Source: Scenedesmus sp. PABB004 (Eukaryota). From it: 64,000 nt of DNA. Of the stretch, positions 25,273 to 36,712 are shown piece by piece. The notes beneath the pieces are model-generated. The model worked only from the letters and a program-made list of their open reading frames with translations, was not told the origin of the DNA and made no database searches. The stretch is from positions 124,001 to 188,000 of the forward strand of contig JABVCE010000018.1 in the NCBI GenBank assembly GCA_014905635.1, written 5' to 3'. A program made the position numbers and the translations under genes. Numbering within the stretch: position 1 is the first letter of the stretch; every line of letters begins with the position of its first letter.

Positions 25273-27169
25273 TCACAGCGCGGCGATGAGCGCCTCCATC
25301 GCGTCCCCCACCTCGCCCTCGCCCTCACTGCCGCCCTCGCTGCCGCCGCCGCCCTCGCCCTCGCCCTCGCCCTCGCCGGCGCCGGGCGGGCGCGGGCGCG
25401 GCGCGTCGCAGAAGAGCCCGCGCAGCGCCGGCCACGCGAGCCGCATGCCCAGCAGCGCGACCTCCGCGCCCGGCGGCGGCGGCGCGGCGTCGACCGAGAC
25501 GCCGTTGTCCCACAGGCTGCCGGCGACTCCGTCGACGAGGAAGTGGAGCATGTGCACCGTGCGCGAGTGCATCACCGCGCCCGCGCCGCCGCCGCCGCCG
25601 CCTCCGCCGGGGGCCAGCTCCGCGCCCGCGCCCCCGGCAGCGGCGCCGTCCCCGCCGCCCTGCAGCGGCGCCGGCGGCGCGTCGCCCGGCGCCGCGCCGG
25701 GCGTGTGCCAGCTCACGCACTCCTTTGACCACACCTCGACGCCGGCGCGGCCCATGAGCAGCGCGCCGCGGCCGTCGAACAGCGCAAGGTCAACCATGAC
25801 CTACACACATAGGGCGGGGCCGGCGCGGGCCGGCGGGCGGCGAGGTCAGCGTCAGCTCGGCGGTGGCGGCCACGCGGCGGCCGGGGCTCGGCGGCGCGCG
25901 CGCACGCGCTGCTCGGCGCCGGCTGGTCGCGCACCTCGTCGCGCGCCATGAGGTCGTCCAGCGCGCCGGCCGCGCACCGCACCGCCCGGCCGTCGGCGCC
26001 CACGACCTCATCGCCGCCGCCGCCGATCAGGCGCGCCGCGCCCACGAACAGTGCGTCGCACGCCGCGCCGTCGCCGCCCGGCGGCGCGTCGACGGGCGCC
26101 TGCTCGCCCTCGCCGCGTGCGCCGGCGCTCGCGGCGCTGCTGTTGGCCGGCTGCGCGGGGCTGTAGACCGCGACGAGCACGCTGCGCGGGCGCGCCTCAA
26201 ACGTGACGCTGCTGGGGCCCATGCGGGCGATGCGCAGCGGCGCGAGGCAGCTGCCCAGGCGCACGCCGCCGTGGAGCTGGCAGACGTCGACGTGGAGCCA
26301 CAGCGACGCACCGGGCGTGGCCACGAGCGCGCGCGCGACGGCCGCCAGGTTGGGCAGCCCCGCGCGCCGTGCCGGCGGCGGCAGCGCCTGCGGCAGCGGC
26401 CACGCCACGCGCGACAGCAGCTGCTCGTAGTGGACGTACAGCAGCATGCGCAGCGCGGCCGGGCGGCGCTGCTGCGACGCCGGCTGCTGCAGCGGCTGCG
26501 GCTGGTCCGGCCGCGGCTCGCCCTGCAGCGGCGCGGCCTCGGCGGCAGCCCACGCCGGCGCCGGCGCCGCGGGCGGGCCCGCCGGCCGCGCCGCCGCCAC
26601 CACCGACGCCGCGCCGCCGCCGCCGCCGGGCGGCAGGTCCCAGGGCAGCGGCTCGAGGTGTGCGTGGCGGTCGGGCCCGTCCTCGGGCGCCTGGTCCCAC
26701 GCGTAAAACCCGGTGCGGTGGCTCTGCAGCAGGATCTCCATGTCGTCGTCCGCGACGGCAAAGGGGCTGCAGCCCGCGACGTCAAACCAGCCGCGCGGGC
26801 CGAGCGCCTGCGCGGTCGCGGCCTGCGCCGGGCGCGCCGCGGGCGGGGCGGGGGCCGTGAGAGCGCGGCGGCGGGCGCAGCGCGCGCGGCGCGCGCCGCC
26901 CGCGCGCCCGCCGCGCCGGCCAGCGCGCGCCCGCGCGGCGCGGCGCGCACCAGCCGGCCGGCCGCCGCGGCCGCCGCGAGCTGCGCGTCGTCCTTGAGCG
27001 CCGCCGGCAGGACGAAGCGGACCCAGCAGCTCTGCTCCTGGCGCTGCTGCGCGACCGCGCCGACGCACCACGCCGCGCCGCCCTCCAGCGCCGCGAGCGT
27101 GAGCGGCGCGGGGTGGCCCGTCACCGCCGCGCAGCCCGCGGTCGCGTCGTGCCCCGCCGGCGGCTGCTG

Positions 27170-27200
<31 letters not shown>

Positions 27201-27360
27201 GGCGGCGGGCCGCCGCCGCCGTCTGCCGCGAGCGCGACGACGAGCCGCCACGCGTGCACGCCGCGCAGCGCGGCGTGGAAGCGCGCGAGCAGCGCCTGGT
27301 GCTGCGACGCGGGCGCCGCCATGTGCGCCGCAAACGCCGCCTTGGCGCCGCTGCTGGGCA

Positions 27361-27429
<69 letters not shown>

Positions 27430-27776
27430 GGGCGCCGCTGCCGGCGCTGTCGTGCGCGAGCAGCGCGCTGTAGTGCGGCAACACGCCCGGGCGGTGGAAC
27501 TCCGCCGCCAGCTGGCGCGCCCACAGCGCCTCTTCGCCCGCCAGAGCACGCCAGGACCGGCAGGCGCACGCCGCGGCGCACAGCGAGCGCCTGCGCGGCG
27601 GCGGCAGCGGCAGCGGCGCCGTGTGTGCCGGGCCCGCCGCGCGGTGCTGCTGACGCTCGTCAAGCGCCGCACCAGTCCAGGCAGCCCAGCAACAGCCGCA
27701 GCGCGTCGGCGGGCAGGCTGCTGGCGGCGGGCTCCGGCGGCGGCGGCAGCGCCGCTGCTGCCGCCTGCGTCGCCAT
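25273..27776 (-). CDS. F-box protein with uncharacterised C-terminus, multi-exon
   Basis: N-terminal F-box SSLPADALRLLLGCLDW-RSLCAAACACRSWRALAGEEALW. Confidence 0.7.
27361..27428. repeat. (GCGGGC)n hexamer array encoding (Pro-Ala)n in the F-box gene
   Basis: About 11 perfect hexamer copies. Confidence 0.85.
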
Positions 27777-27998
27777 GGCGCTAGGGGTGCTCGCCTGGAT
27801 GCGCGCTGCTTGCGTTTCTTGCCCTCTGCGTGGCGGGGGCGCCCGCCGGCGAGGAGGACAGCGGGGCAGTGCGCAAAATCGCAACCTGGTGATTGCGCTC
27901 CTCGCCCCGGGCCCACGCCGCCCCGCTGCCGCTCCACACGCCGTCAGCACGCCACCTTTCGTCAACTCGCCACTTCCTCGCCCTCCCACGCGTCCAGG

Positions 27999-29314
27999 AT
28001 GCAGCTGTCCAGGATGCAGCCCCGCTCCGCTGCCGGCGCCCGCGCGCCGGCGCCCGCTGCTCGCCGCGCCTTCGTGGCCCGGGTGAGCTCAGGACTGGAC
28101 CGAGCGCGATCGGTCGGGCGGCGCGCATGCCGTCAACCACCCGTTTTGGTGCGCCAGGCGCTCACGCCTGCGGCCCCGCTTGCGCGCGCGTCCCCGCAGA
28201 CCGGCAGCTTCAAGCCGGCGTCGCTGCAGCGCGTGTCCGCGGCCAGCAGCGACGACTCGTTCGCGTGGTGAGCGCGGGCGCGCGATTCCCGCGGCAGCGC
28301 CTCGCCCGCCCGGCGCGAGCGGGCGCCGCACCGCGCCGCCAGGCGCCGCAGCAGCTGCCGCGCCCCGAGCCCCGCGTCCACGCGCCGGCTGCCGACCGTG
28401 CGCTGCCGCCGCGCGCCGCCGCGCGCTGCTCGCGCTGCGCCACGGCCGCTCGCGCCGCGCCACCGCCGCTCGCGCGCCGCGCCGCGCGCAGGGCCAAGCC
28501 CGCCATCGACTTCCTGGCCGCCACGGACTTCAAGATCACCGAGACCGACCTGTACAAGAACACGCTCAAGCAGTACTGGGAGAACAAGTACGTGCAGCAG
28601 AGCATCGGCTGGACGCCGCTCGCCGAGTCCATCAACGGCAGGAGCGCGATGATCGGTGCGCCGCGCGGCGCGCAGGCCCCGCCGGCGCAGCCCCTCGCGG
28701 GCGCCCGCGCGCGGCGCGCGCCGCTCACGCCCCGCCGCTCACGCCCCGCCGCTCACGCCCGTGGCCGCGCGCGGCGCAGGCTTCCTGGCGGGCGCGAGCG
28801 CCGAGATCCTGGGCGCCGGCCCCGCGCTGCTGCAGCTCAGCAAGTCGCCGCAGCCGGTGCTCGCCGTGCTGGCCCTGATCACCGTGGGCTCCATTGTCCC
28901 CGTGGTCAAGGGCACCGAGGTGCGAGCGCCGCGCGCGGGTTGAGCACTCCGGCAGCGCCCGCCCAGACGGACAGGTGGCGCAGCGGGAGGCGCGCGCGCC
29001 GCTGCTCGACGGCCGTTGACGCCGCCGCCGCCGCCGCCGCCGCTGCTGCCCGCACACTCGCAGGGCGGCTACCTGAAGAGTGAGCGCCCGCGCGGGGGGC
29101 ACGGCGCCGCGCTTCGCCGCGCCGCGCCGCGCGCGCGCCCGCCTGACGCCCGCGCCGCGCCCGCGCCGCCGCACCGCCAGGCCTGCGCGAGACGTACACC
29201 ATCCCCGAGGACACCTTCACCGAGGTCAACGAGCGCGTGATCGGCCGCCTCGCCATGATCGGCACCGGCGGCCTCGTGCTGCTCGAGCTGCTCAAGGGCA
29301 GCGCCGTGCTCTGA
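27999..29314 (+). CDS. Three-helix LHC-like (ELIP-type) thylakoid protein, 6 exons including a 16-nt microexon
   Basis: Transit-like N-terminus. Helix 1 AESINGRSAMIGFLAG, a hydrophobic helix 2, and helix 3 FTEVNERVIGRLAMIG. Microexon 29064-29079 (GGYLK/S). Confidence 0.85.
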
Positions 29315-30147
29315 GCGGCGTGAAGCTGCGCTGGTGGGCATAACGCTCGCGCGCGCGGGCGCGGCGGGCACCCGGGAGCAGGCCGGCGCCCTGCCGCCCG
29401 TGCGATTCCTGCGCTGCTGCGCGACCGCGGGTGGGTGGGTGTAGTCGGGGCCGCCACCAGGCGGGCGCGCGTGCGCCGCCGCGGCACGGGGCGAGGTTTT
29501 GGCGCCGGCCCGCAGCGGCCGGCCACAGCGGTCGGACACCACACCAACAAGCAGCACGGAGACGCACCCAATCAAAGGGCGCCCGCGCGCGGGCGACCGC
29601 CCCGGCGCGGTGCCGCTGCCGCCAACGCGCGGCAGCGCACGCGGGCGGCGCCGCGCGGAGCGGAGCGCGGGACTATTTCTCTCTTGTTCTTGCTGCCGCT
29701 GGCTGAGTGCGAGGGCGCTCCCCGCACAGGTAAAGGGCCGGCGGCGTGCGCGACCGCAGCAGCAGCAGCAGCGCCGGCGCCGGTGCCACTCGCGGGGGCG
29801 CGGCGCCATCGCGGGAGCTCGCGGCATTTTCGCGCGTCGCAGGGGCGGGCTCGCGCGGCGGCGATGCGAAGCAACCAACTGGAACCACTCGCTGGTTAGT
29901 TGAGCAGCAAAAACCTGCTCCCTGGTCGTTCCGGGCAGCCATCGCGCCGCGCGCCCACGAATTCGAGTCCACACACACCCGCCACACCTCAGCAGCGCAC
30001 GCGCGCGACGCGCCAGGCCGCCAGCGCGCGCCCAGCGAACCCGCATCGTGCTGCCGCCCCGCCCGCCCCGCTCGCCTGGACGTCGCCCGGCCGCGCAGCC
30101 CGCGCAATCGTGCAGCACACATATCGACAGCTCAAACGCGCTGCAGC

Positions 30148-31849
30148 ATGGCGCCAGCGGCCGACGCTCTGGCGCGCGCTATCAACGATGCCGCCGCGGC
30201 CTTCACGGCCGACACGGCCCACAACGTGACGCTGACGCAGAAGCGTCTGCTCTACGAGTTCCTGGCCTACCCGGGGCCCAACGGCCTGACGCTGTCGGGG
30301 CTCGCCGCGGACGGCGCGGCGCCGCCGCCGCGCGCGGTGCCGGACCTCGTCTACATCGCGCGCCGCTGGTTCGGGCTGCACATCATCAAGCACTATTACG
30401 TCATGCGCCAGTACAAGGACGCGAGCGGCGTGGTGCTGGCCTTCCTCAAGCACCTCCGCGACACGGGCGCGACGCCGGCGCTGGCCAAGGAGCTCGGGCA
30501 GGCGATCGAGGTGCGCGCCGCGCCGCGCGCATTGGGCGGGCCGGGCGCCGGGGGCGCCGGGCGCGGGCGGGCGCGGCGCACGCGCGCGCGTGCGCGGGGG
30601 CGGCAGGCGCGGACGGGCGCGGCGACGGTTCCGGCGGCGCCCGCACGCCCGCCAACCGCCGCCCCGCGCCTCGCCGCGCGGCCGCCGTTGCCGCCGCCGC
30701 GCCGCTGCCCCGCGCCGCCGCGCCGCGCCGCGCGCCGTGCAGATCGGCGAGGCCGCGTCGGTGCAGCTGCCGGGCATCCTGCGCGTGATGAAGCAGCCCT
30801 GCGCGCGCAACGAGGCCTACGCCCGCGTCTACCCTCTGAGGCCCTTCCCGCTCTGCCTCGTGCCCTCCTCCGCCGAGGTGCGCGCGCGCCGCCGCCCGGG
30901 GAGGGCGGGGAGGGAGGGGGCGGGGAGGGCAAGGGGAGGGCAGGGAGGGGGAGGGCGAGAGGGGAGGGCAGGCGGGGCGCGCGGCGCCCGCGCGGCGCGG
31001 CGCTCACGCCCCCGCGCATGGCCCCGCCGCGGTGCCGCTGCCCCGCGTCGCGCGCGGCGCGCAGGTCAAGGACAGCAGCAGCCGGCACTGGCCTGCGGAC
31101 AGCGACCAGATGTCGCACGCGTGGCTTAGCTACGCCAGCGAGCGCTGCAGGTGCGGCCCGTGTGCCCGGGACAGGAGGGGGAGGGGGGCGCTGGGGCCGG
31201 ACCTGGCGGGGCTGGTGGGAGCGCGGCGGCCCGGCCCCGCGCGCCCGCTGAGCGCTCGCGCGCCCCGCCCTGCTCTCCCGCGCGCAGGGTGAGCATGGAG
31301 GAGCTGGACGCGCTGGTCGCTGCGGTGCCCAAGGGCCTCACCGTGCTGGGCAAGTCGGAGGGCCGCTGGGAGGTGCGCGCACGGGCGCGTCGGGCGCTGC
31401 CGCGCGCGGCGCGGCGCGGCGCGCGGCCGGCGCGCGGCGTGCACGCGCCCGCTCACCGCCGCGCGCTCGCCGCCGCGCGCGCCCGCCAGGTCACGTCGGT
31501 CAACGCCGACCACAGCGTCACGCTCACGCCGCACGGCGGCGGCGCGAGCCACACCGTGCCGTTTAGCGCCAAGCGCGCGGCCGACCTGCTGCCGGGGCAG
31601 GTCATCATTGTGACGCTCGTCCACCTCAGCGACGGCTCGGTCTTTGCGACCGACTGGGGCTACGTCTGGCCCACCTACTACGCGCCGCACATGGACCACA
31701 GCCACGACTTTGGGCCGCAGGGCATCGTGAGCCTCGTGTACGGCGCGGCGCCCGCGGCGGGCGACAAGGCGGCGGCGGCCGCCGCCGCGCCGGCGACGCC
31801 CGAGCGTGACGTCGTGCGGCAGCGCGACCAGCGCGACCAGGCGGCGTGA
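30148..31849 (+). CDS. Hypothetical protein with Arb1 (Argonaute siRNA chaperone)-like pattern, 5 exons
   Basis: Clean GT-AG gene model, so the CDS itself is well supported. The family call is tentative. It rests on ASGVVLAFLKHLRDTGATPALAKELGQAIEIGEAASVQLP and LLPGQVIIVTLVHLSDGSVFATDWGYVWPTYY. Confidence 0.55.
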
Positions 31850-32239
31850 GCCGGCAGGCGCGGCGGGCGCGGCGCGGCGCGGGCGGCGGAACCGACCGGG
31901 GGAGCTGAGAGAGGCTCTCCCCCTCTCGACTGACGGACGGCAGCAGGATGCTGCGCAGCACGATGAACGTGTGTGTGGCGCGCGTCGCGTCGCGACGGCG
32001 CGCCCTGACGGGCGCGGGCAAACGCGCTGTGGGCCAAGACCCGCTCCGCGCGCTGCGCATTCGTCAGACATCGCACACACGCCCACCGCCGCCGCAAGCC
32101 CCGGTGGCGAGCAGCCCGCCGCCGCTCAGCCCAGCTCGCGTGTCCCCAGAGCACACGCGCGCGCCCGCCGCGGCCCGCACGTCGCCTCCTGCTGCTTTCA
32201 GTCACCCACCCCGACCGTCGCGCGGCCGCGTTCGGCGCC

Positions 32240-32701
32240 ATGCAGCAGCTCGCGCGGCAGCGCGCCACCGGTGAGCGGTCAGGGCGCGCCTGCAGCGCAC
32301 ACGCCGCGGCGTTTTGGCATCCAGGCGCCTCCACGGGGTCCTTGGACGCCGCGGCGGGGCGCAGCGCCGCGTGCATGGGCATTCGGCGCGCGGCAGCAGC
32401 GCCAGCCACGCGTCGCCGGCGCGTTGCCGCCGGTGCCCGCCAGCTCCCGGCCGCCGCCCGCGCCGCCCTTGCACGTCGACGGCGCGCCTCACCGCCCCGC
32501 CGCCGCCCCGCCTCCGCGCAGGCGCGCTCGCCGCCGGCGCCGGCAGCCGCGCTGCGCCCCGCCTGGCGCCGCGGCCCGTCGCCCGCGGCGGCGCCGCGCG
32601 CGCGCGGCGCCACGCGCCGCTGGTCCGCGCGTCCGAGGAGCCCGGCGCGGCCGCCACCACCACCACCACCGACGCCCCGGCCGCCGAGGCGCCGGCGCAC
32701 G

Positions 32702-32733
<32 letters not shown>

Positions 32734-35700
32734 AACGGCGCGGCCGCCGACAAGGACAAGGACGCGCCGGCGCACCTCGGCTGGGTCCCCGACGCGGGGG
32801 CGGTCCCCGCGCTCAAGTTTGAGCCGCTCAGCGACGTCGACCGCGGGTGGGCCAACCTGCGGCTCGCGTTTGCGCTGCCGTGGCGGCGCTTCAAGCGCGG
32901 CGCGGCGCTCGCGTTCAAGCTCGAGGGCGAGATCTCGGACCAGCTCCAGGGCCGCTTCGCGCCGGGGTTTAGCATGCCCCAGATCATCGACGCGCTGGAG
33001 AAGGCGGCGCGCGACCCGCGAGTCGCCGGCATCGCCGTCGAGATCGGCCCCCTCGCGGTGCGCGGCCGCGCCGGCGCCGCGCCGCCCGCGGCGGCCGCTG
33101 CCAGCCGCCGCGCGCCGCGCGCCGCCGCGCCCGGCGGCGCGCCGACCTGCGCCCCGCGCCCCGCGCCCGCCCCCCTCGCCCCTCAGGTCGGCTGGTCCAA
33201 GGTCCAGGAGCTGCGGCGCTACGTGGAGCAGTTCCGGGCGAGCGGCAAGTTTGCGGTCGCATACATGAAGCTCGGCGGCGAGAAGGAGTACTACCTGGGC
33301 ACTGCGTTCGAGGAGCTCTACCTCGCGCCCACCGGCAGCCTCCGCCTCGCCGGCTTCTCCACCGCGGGTGCGCGGCGGCGGCGTGGGGGGTGGCTGCGCG
33401 CGGCGGGGGGGCGTGGCAGGGCGCGGCAGCCGCCGGCCGCCGCGTCGCGCCGTGCCGCTCACGCGCGGTGCCGCGTCGCGCCGTGCCGCTCACGCGCGGT
33501 GCCGCGTCGCCGCGTCACCGCGTAGGCACCTTCCTGCGCGGCGTGCTCGACAAGGTCGGCGTGGAGCCGCAGGTGCAGCGCATCGGCGCCTACAAGAGCG
33601 CGGGCGACCAGCTGCTGCGGCGCGAGATGAGCGACGAGCAGCGCACGCAGCTGAGCGAGCTGCTGGACGACATCTACGCCCACTTCCTCGACACCGTCGC
33701 CGCCGCGCGCGGCAAGACCCGCGAGGTGCGCGCGGCGCGGCGCAGCACGGCGCGGGCTGGGCGTGGGCGTGGGCTGGGCGGGCGGGCGCAGGCCCAGGGC
33801 CGCCGCCGACGCGCCCCCTCCTCTGCACGTGCGCCGCCGCCGCGCAGGAGGTTGCTGCGCTGCTCGACCGCGGCGTGTACGACAACGAGGTCTTTGCGCA
33901 GGGTGCGCCGCCGCCTTGGAAGGCCCGCGCCTGTGCGGCGCCCGCGCGGCGGGCGCGCGCCTCACCCGCGCCCGCGCTGCCCGCGCCGCCCGCCGCAGAG
34001 GGCTGGGTGAGCGGGCTGCGCTACGAGGATGAGATCATCGATGACCTCAAGAAGCGCACCGGCGGCAAGGTGCGCGCCGCCGCGCCGCCACGCCACACGC
34101 CGCGCGCCGCTGCGTGGCACCGCCGCACTCGGCCCAGCGCGCTGACCCTGTGTGCCCCGCGCGCGCCCGGCGCCGCCGCCTCCGCTGTCCGGCCCGGCAG
34201 GAGGACGAGGTCGCCAAGGTCGGCCTGCGCCGCTACGCCAAGGTCTCGCGCGGGCCGTTCAAGCTGGACGGCAAGAAGCGCGTCGCCGTGCTGCGCGCGG
34301 GCGGCGCCATCCTGGGTGCGTGCGCACGCGCACACGCGCGCGCGCGCGCGCAGCGCGGGCGCAGCGCGGGCGCAGCGCGGGCGCAGCGGCGCACTGACTG
34401 ACCGGTCCTCGCGCGCGCGCGTCGCAGGCAAGGCCGGCGGCCTGGCGGGCGGCGGCGGGTCCATCACGCCCGACGCCATCATCCCCCGCCTGCGCGCGCT
34501 GGCCAAGGACAAGAAGCTCGCGGGTGCGGCGCACCGGCGCTGCAGGGCCGCCCGCAGCGCCCTCGCGTGCGCCGATGCCCTGCGCCCGCGGCGCCCCGGC
34601 CGCGCCCGCCGCCGCCCGCCGCGCCGTCGCCCGCCCACGCCCGCCGCCGCCGCTCTGCCGCGCCGCCGCCGCCGCACCCCCGCAGGCGTCGTGCTGCGCG
34701 TTGACTCGCCCGGCGGCGACGCGCTCGCGAGCGACCTCATGTGGCGGGAGATCCGGCTGCTGGCGCAGAAGAAGCCCGTCGTCGCGTGCATGGGCGACGT
34801 CGCCGCGAGCGGGGGTTACTACATGAGCATGGCCGCGCAGGCGCGCTGGTGCTGGTGCTGCCGCCGTGCGCCTCGTGGTCCCCGCGCCGCGCCCGCGCCG
34901 CGCCGCGTGCTCGCGCCGCGCGCGCCCACGCCGCCCGCGCGCGCCGCGGCCGCGCAGGCAATCGTGGCGCAGCCGCTGACGGTGACGGGGTCGATCGGCG
35001 TCGTGACGGGCAAGTTCAACCTGGCGGCGCTCTACGAGCGCGTCGGCTACGCCAAGACGCTGCTCTCGCGCGGCAAGTTTGCCGAGTTCCTGGCCGCCGA
35101 CAACCGCTCGTTCACGCCCGAGGAGGCGGCGCTGTTTGAGGAGAGCGCGCAGCACGCGTATCGCAGCTTCAGGGACAAGGCGGCGGCCAGCCGGGGCATG
35201 GCCGTCGACGACATGCAGGTGGGTCGGGCGCGGAGGTTCAGGTTTGAGGTTCAGGGTTTAGGCAAGGTCCTGCACCCCGCGCCGCGCGTGGCGGGGCGCG
35301 TGCTGCAGTGCTGCGCGGGACCGCTGCCCCGCGCGCGCGCCCGGCCGACGCCCGCGCCGCCGCCGCCGCCGCCGCCGCCAGGCCGTCGCGCAGGGCCGCG
35401 TGTGGACGGGCACGCGCGCGCTCGGGCACGGCCTCGTGGACGCGCTCGGCGGGCTGCACGAGGCGGTGGAGCTGGTGAAGCAGGCGGCCGGCATCCCAGC
35501 GGACGAGCGCGTGACGGTCGTGGAGGTGTCGCGCGCGCGCACCAGCCCCCTCGCCCTCGTCGGTGCGCGGCGCGGCGCGGTGCAGCGGGGGGGGGGGGGC
35601 AGCCGGGCCGCGGGGGGCCCGGCTGTGCACGCGCCGGCGCCGCCCGCGCTCACGCGTCCGGCCCCGCGCGCTCCGCCCGCAGGCGGCGGCGCCAGCATGA

Positions 35701-36055
35701 CCGCCGGCCTCACCGCGCTCGCGTCGCTGGCGCGCGGCGCGGCCCGGACGCGGCGTTCGCGCAGGCGGTCGGCGCGGCGGTGCTGCAGCAGGCGGCGGCC
35801 GCGCTGCTGCCGGGCGGCCTCGCGCCCAACGGCCTCAACGCAGGCGCGGCGCTGGCGCTGCTGCAGCAGGTCTCGCTCGGCCAGCCGCTGTGCCTCATGT
35901 CGGAGGTCGACGCCGCCGGCCTCGGCTCGAGCAGCGCGGCGCTCGCGGGCGCCGCCGGCGGCGCCAGCAGCGAGCTGTTTGACGAGGACGAGGGCGCGGG
36001 CCCGCTCGCGGGGCTGCTGGCGCAGCTGGATGAGGCGCTCGACGCCTTTGCCTGA
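32240..36055 (+). CDS. SPPA: Chloroplast signal peptide peptidase SppA (peptidase S49), multi-exon
   Basis: Transit peptide MQQLARQRATG... Motifs: ALPWRRFKRG, KAARDPRVAGI, GWSKVQELR, catalytic Lys motif RIGAYKSAGD, LRVDSPGGDALASDLMWREI, catalytic Ser motif MGDVAASGGYY, TVTGSIGVV, AQGRVWTG. Apparent 1-nt frameshift near 35741. Confidence 0.95.
35234..35262 (+). repeat. Short degenerate telomere-like repeat in an SppA intron
   Basis: AGG-TTCAGG-TTTGAGG-TTCAGGG-TTTAGG, a T-rich patch in an otherwise GC intron. Confidence 0.5.
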
Positions 36056-36326
36056 GCTTGAGCCTGAGCCTGGGCTGGCCGCGGGCTGGGCGGGCAGGGC
36101 AGCAGGCGGGCGGGCGGGCGCGGGGGGCCGGACCAATCGCCCGCGCTGTACTCATAGCTTGCGAGTGGCCGGGCCGCGCGAGCGGGCGGGCGCGCGGGGT
36201 GAAAGAGCGAGAGTTGACCGCGGCGGCGGGGCGCCGATGCTGCGACGCATCGCAGCGCCTCGGTCTTGATGCTGGCGGGTGAGCGCACGCATTGGATCGC
36301 GTTCACTGCAACCCGACGAAGCTCAA

Positions 36327-36677
36327 TCAATCCTGGCACGGCGCAACCGGCTGCTGCTGCTCCTGCAGCCGCGCAAACTCGGCGCGCGTCCAGGCGGCGC
36401 CCCAGCGCAGCTGCGGCGTCATGCCCGCGTCGGCCGCCTCGACTGCCGCCTCCCAGGCGCCGCGCCAGCGCGCGTCGGGCGGCGCGCCCAGCAGGGCGAG
36501 CGCCTTGCCCAGGTTGACCACCGCGGCGGCGGCGGCGGCGGGCTGCTGCGCGCCGTCGTCGTCGGGCCCGCCGCGCCGCGCCGCCGCCGCGGCGTTGCGC
36601 TGCAGCACCGCCCTGCTGGCCGCCAGGTAGGCTTCCAGCCAGGCCTCCGGCGGCCGCCACTCTGGCAGCTCCAGCTG

Positions 36678-36712
<35 letters not shown>

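Noticed and set aside
29852..29953. tRNA or spliceosomal snRNA call for the cloverleaf-like element
   Set aside because: No TTC T-loop, no 7-nt anticodon arm in the correct context, and no recognisable U-snRNA motifs. Kept only as an unassigned structure.
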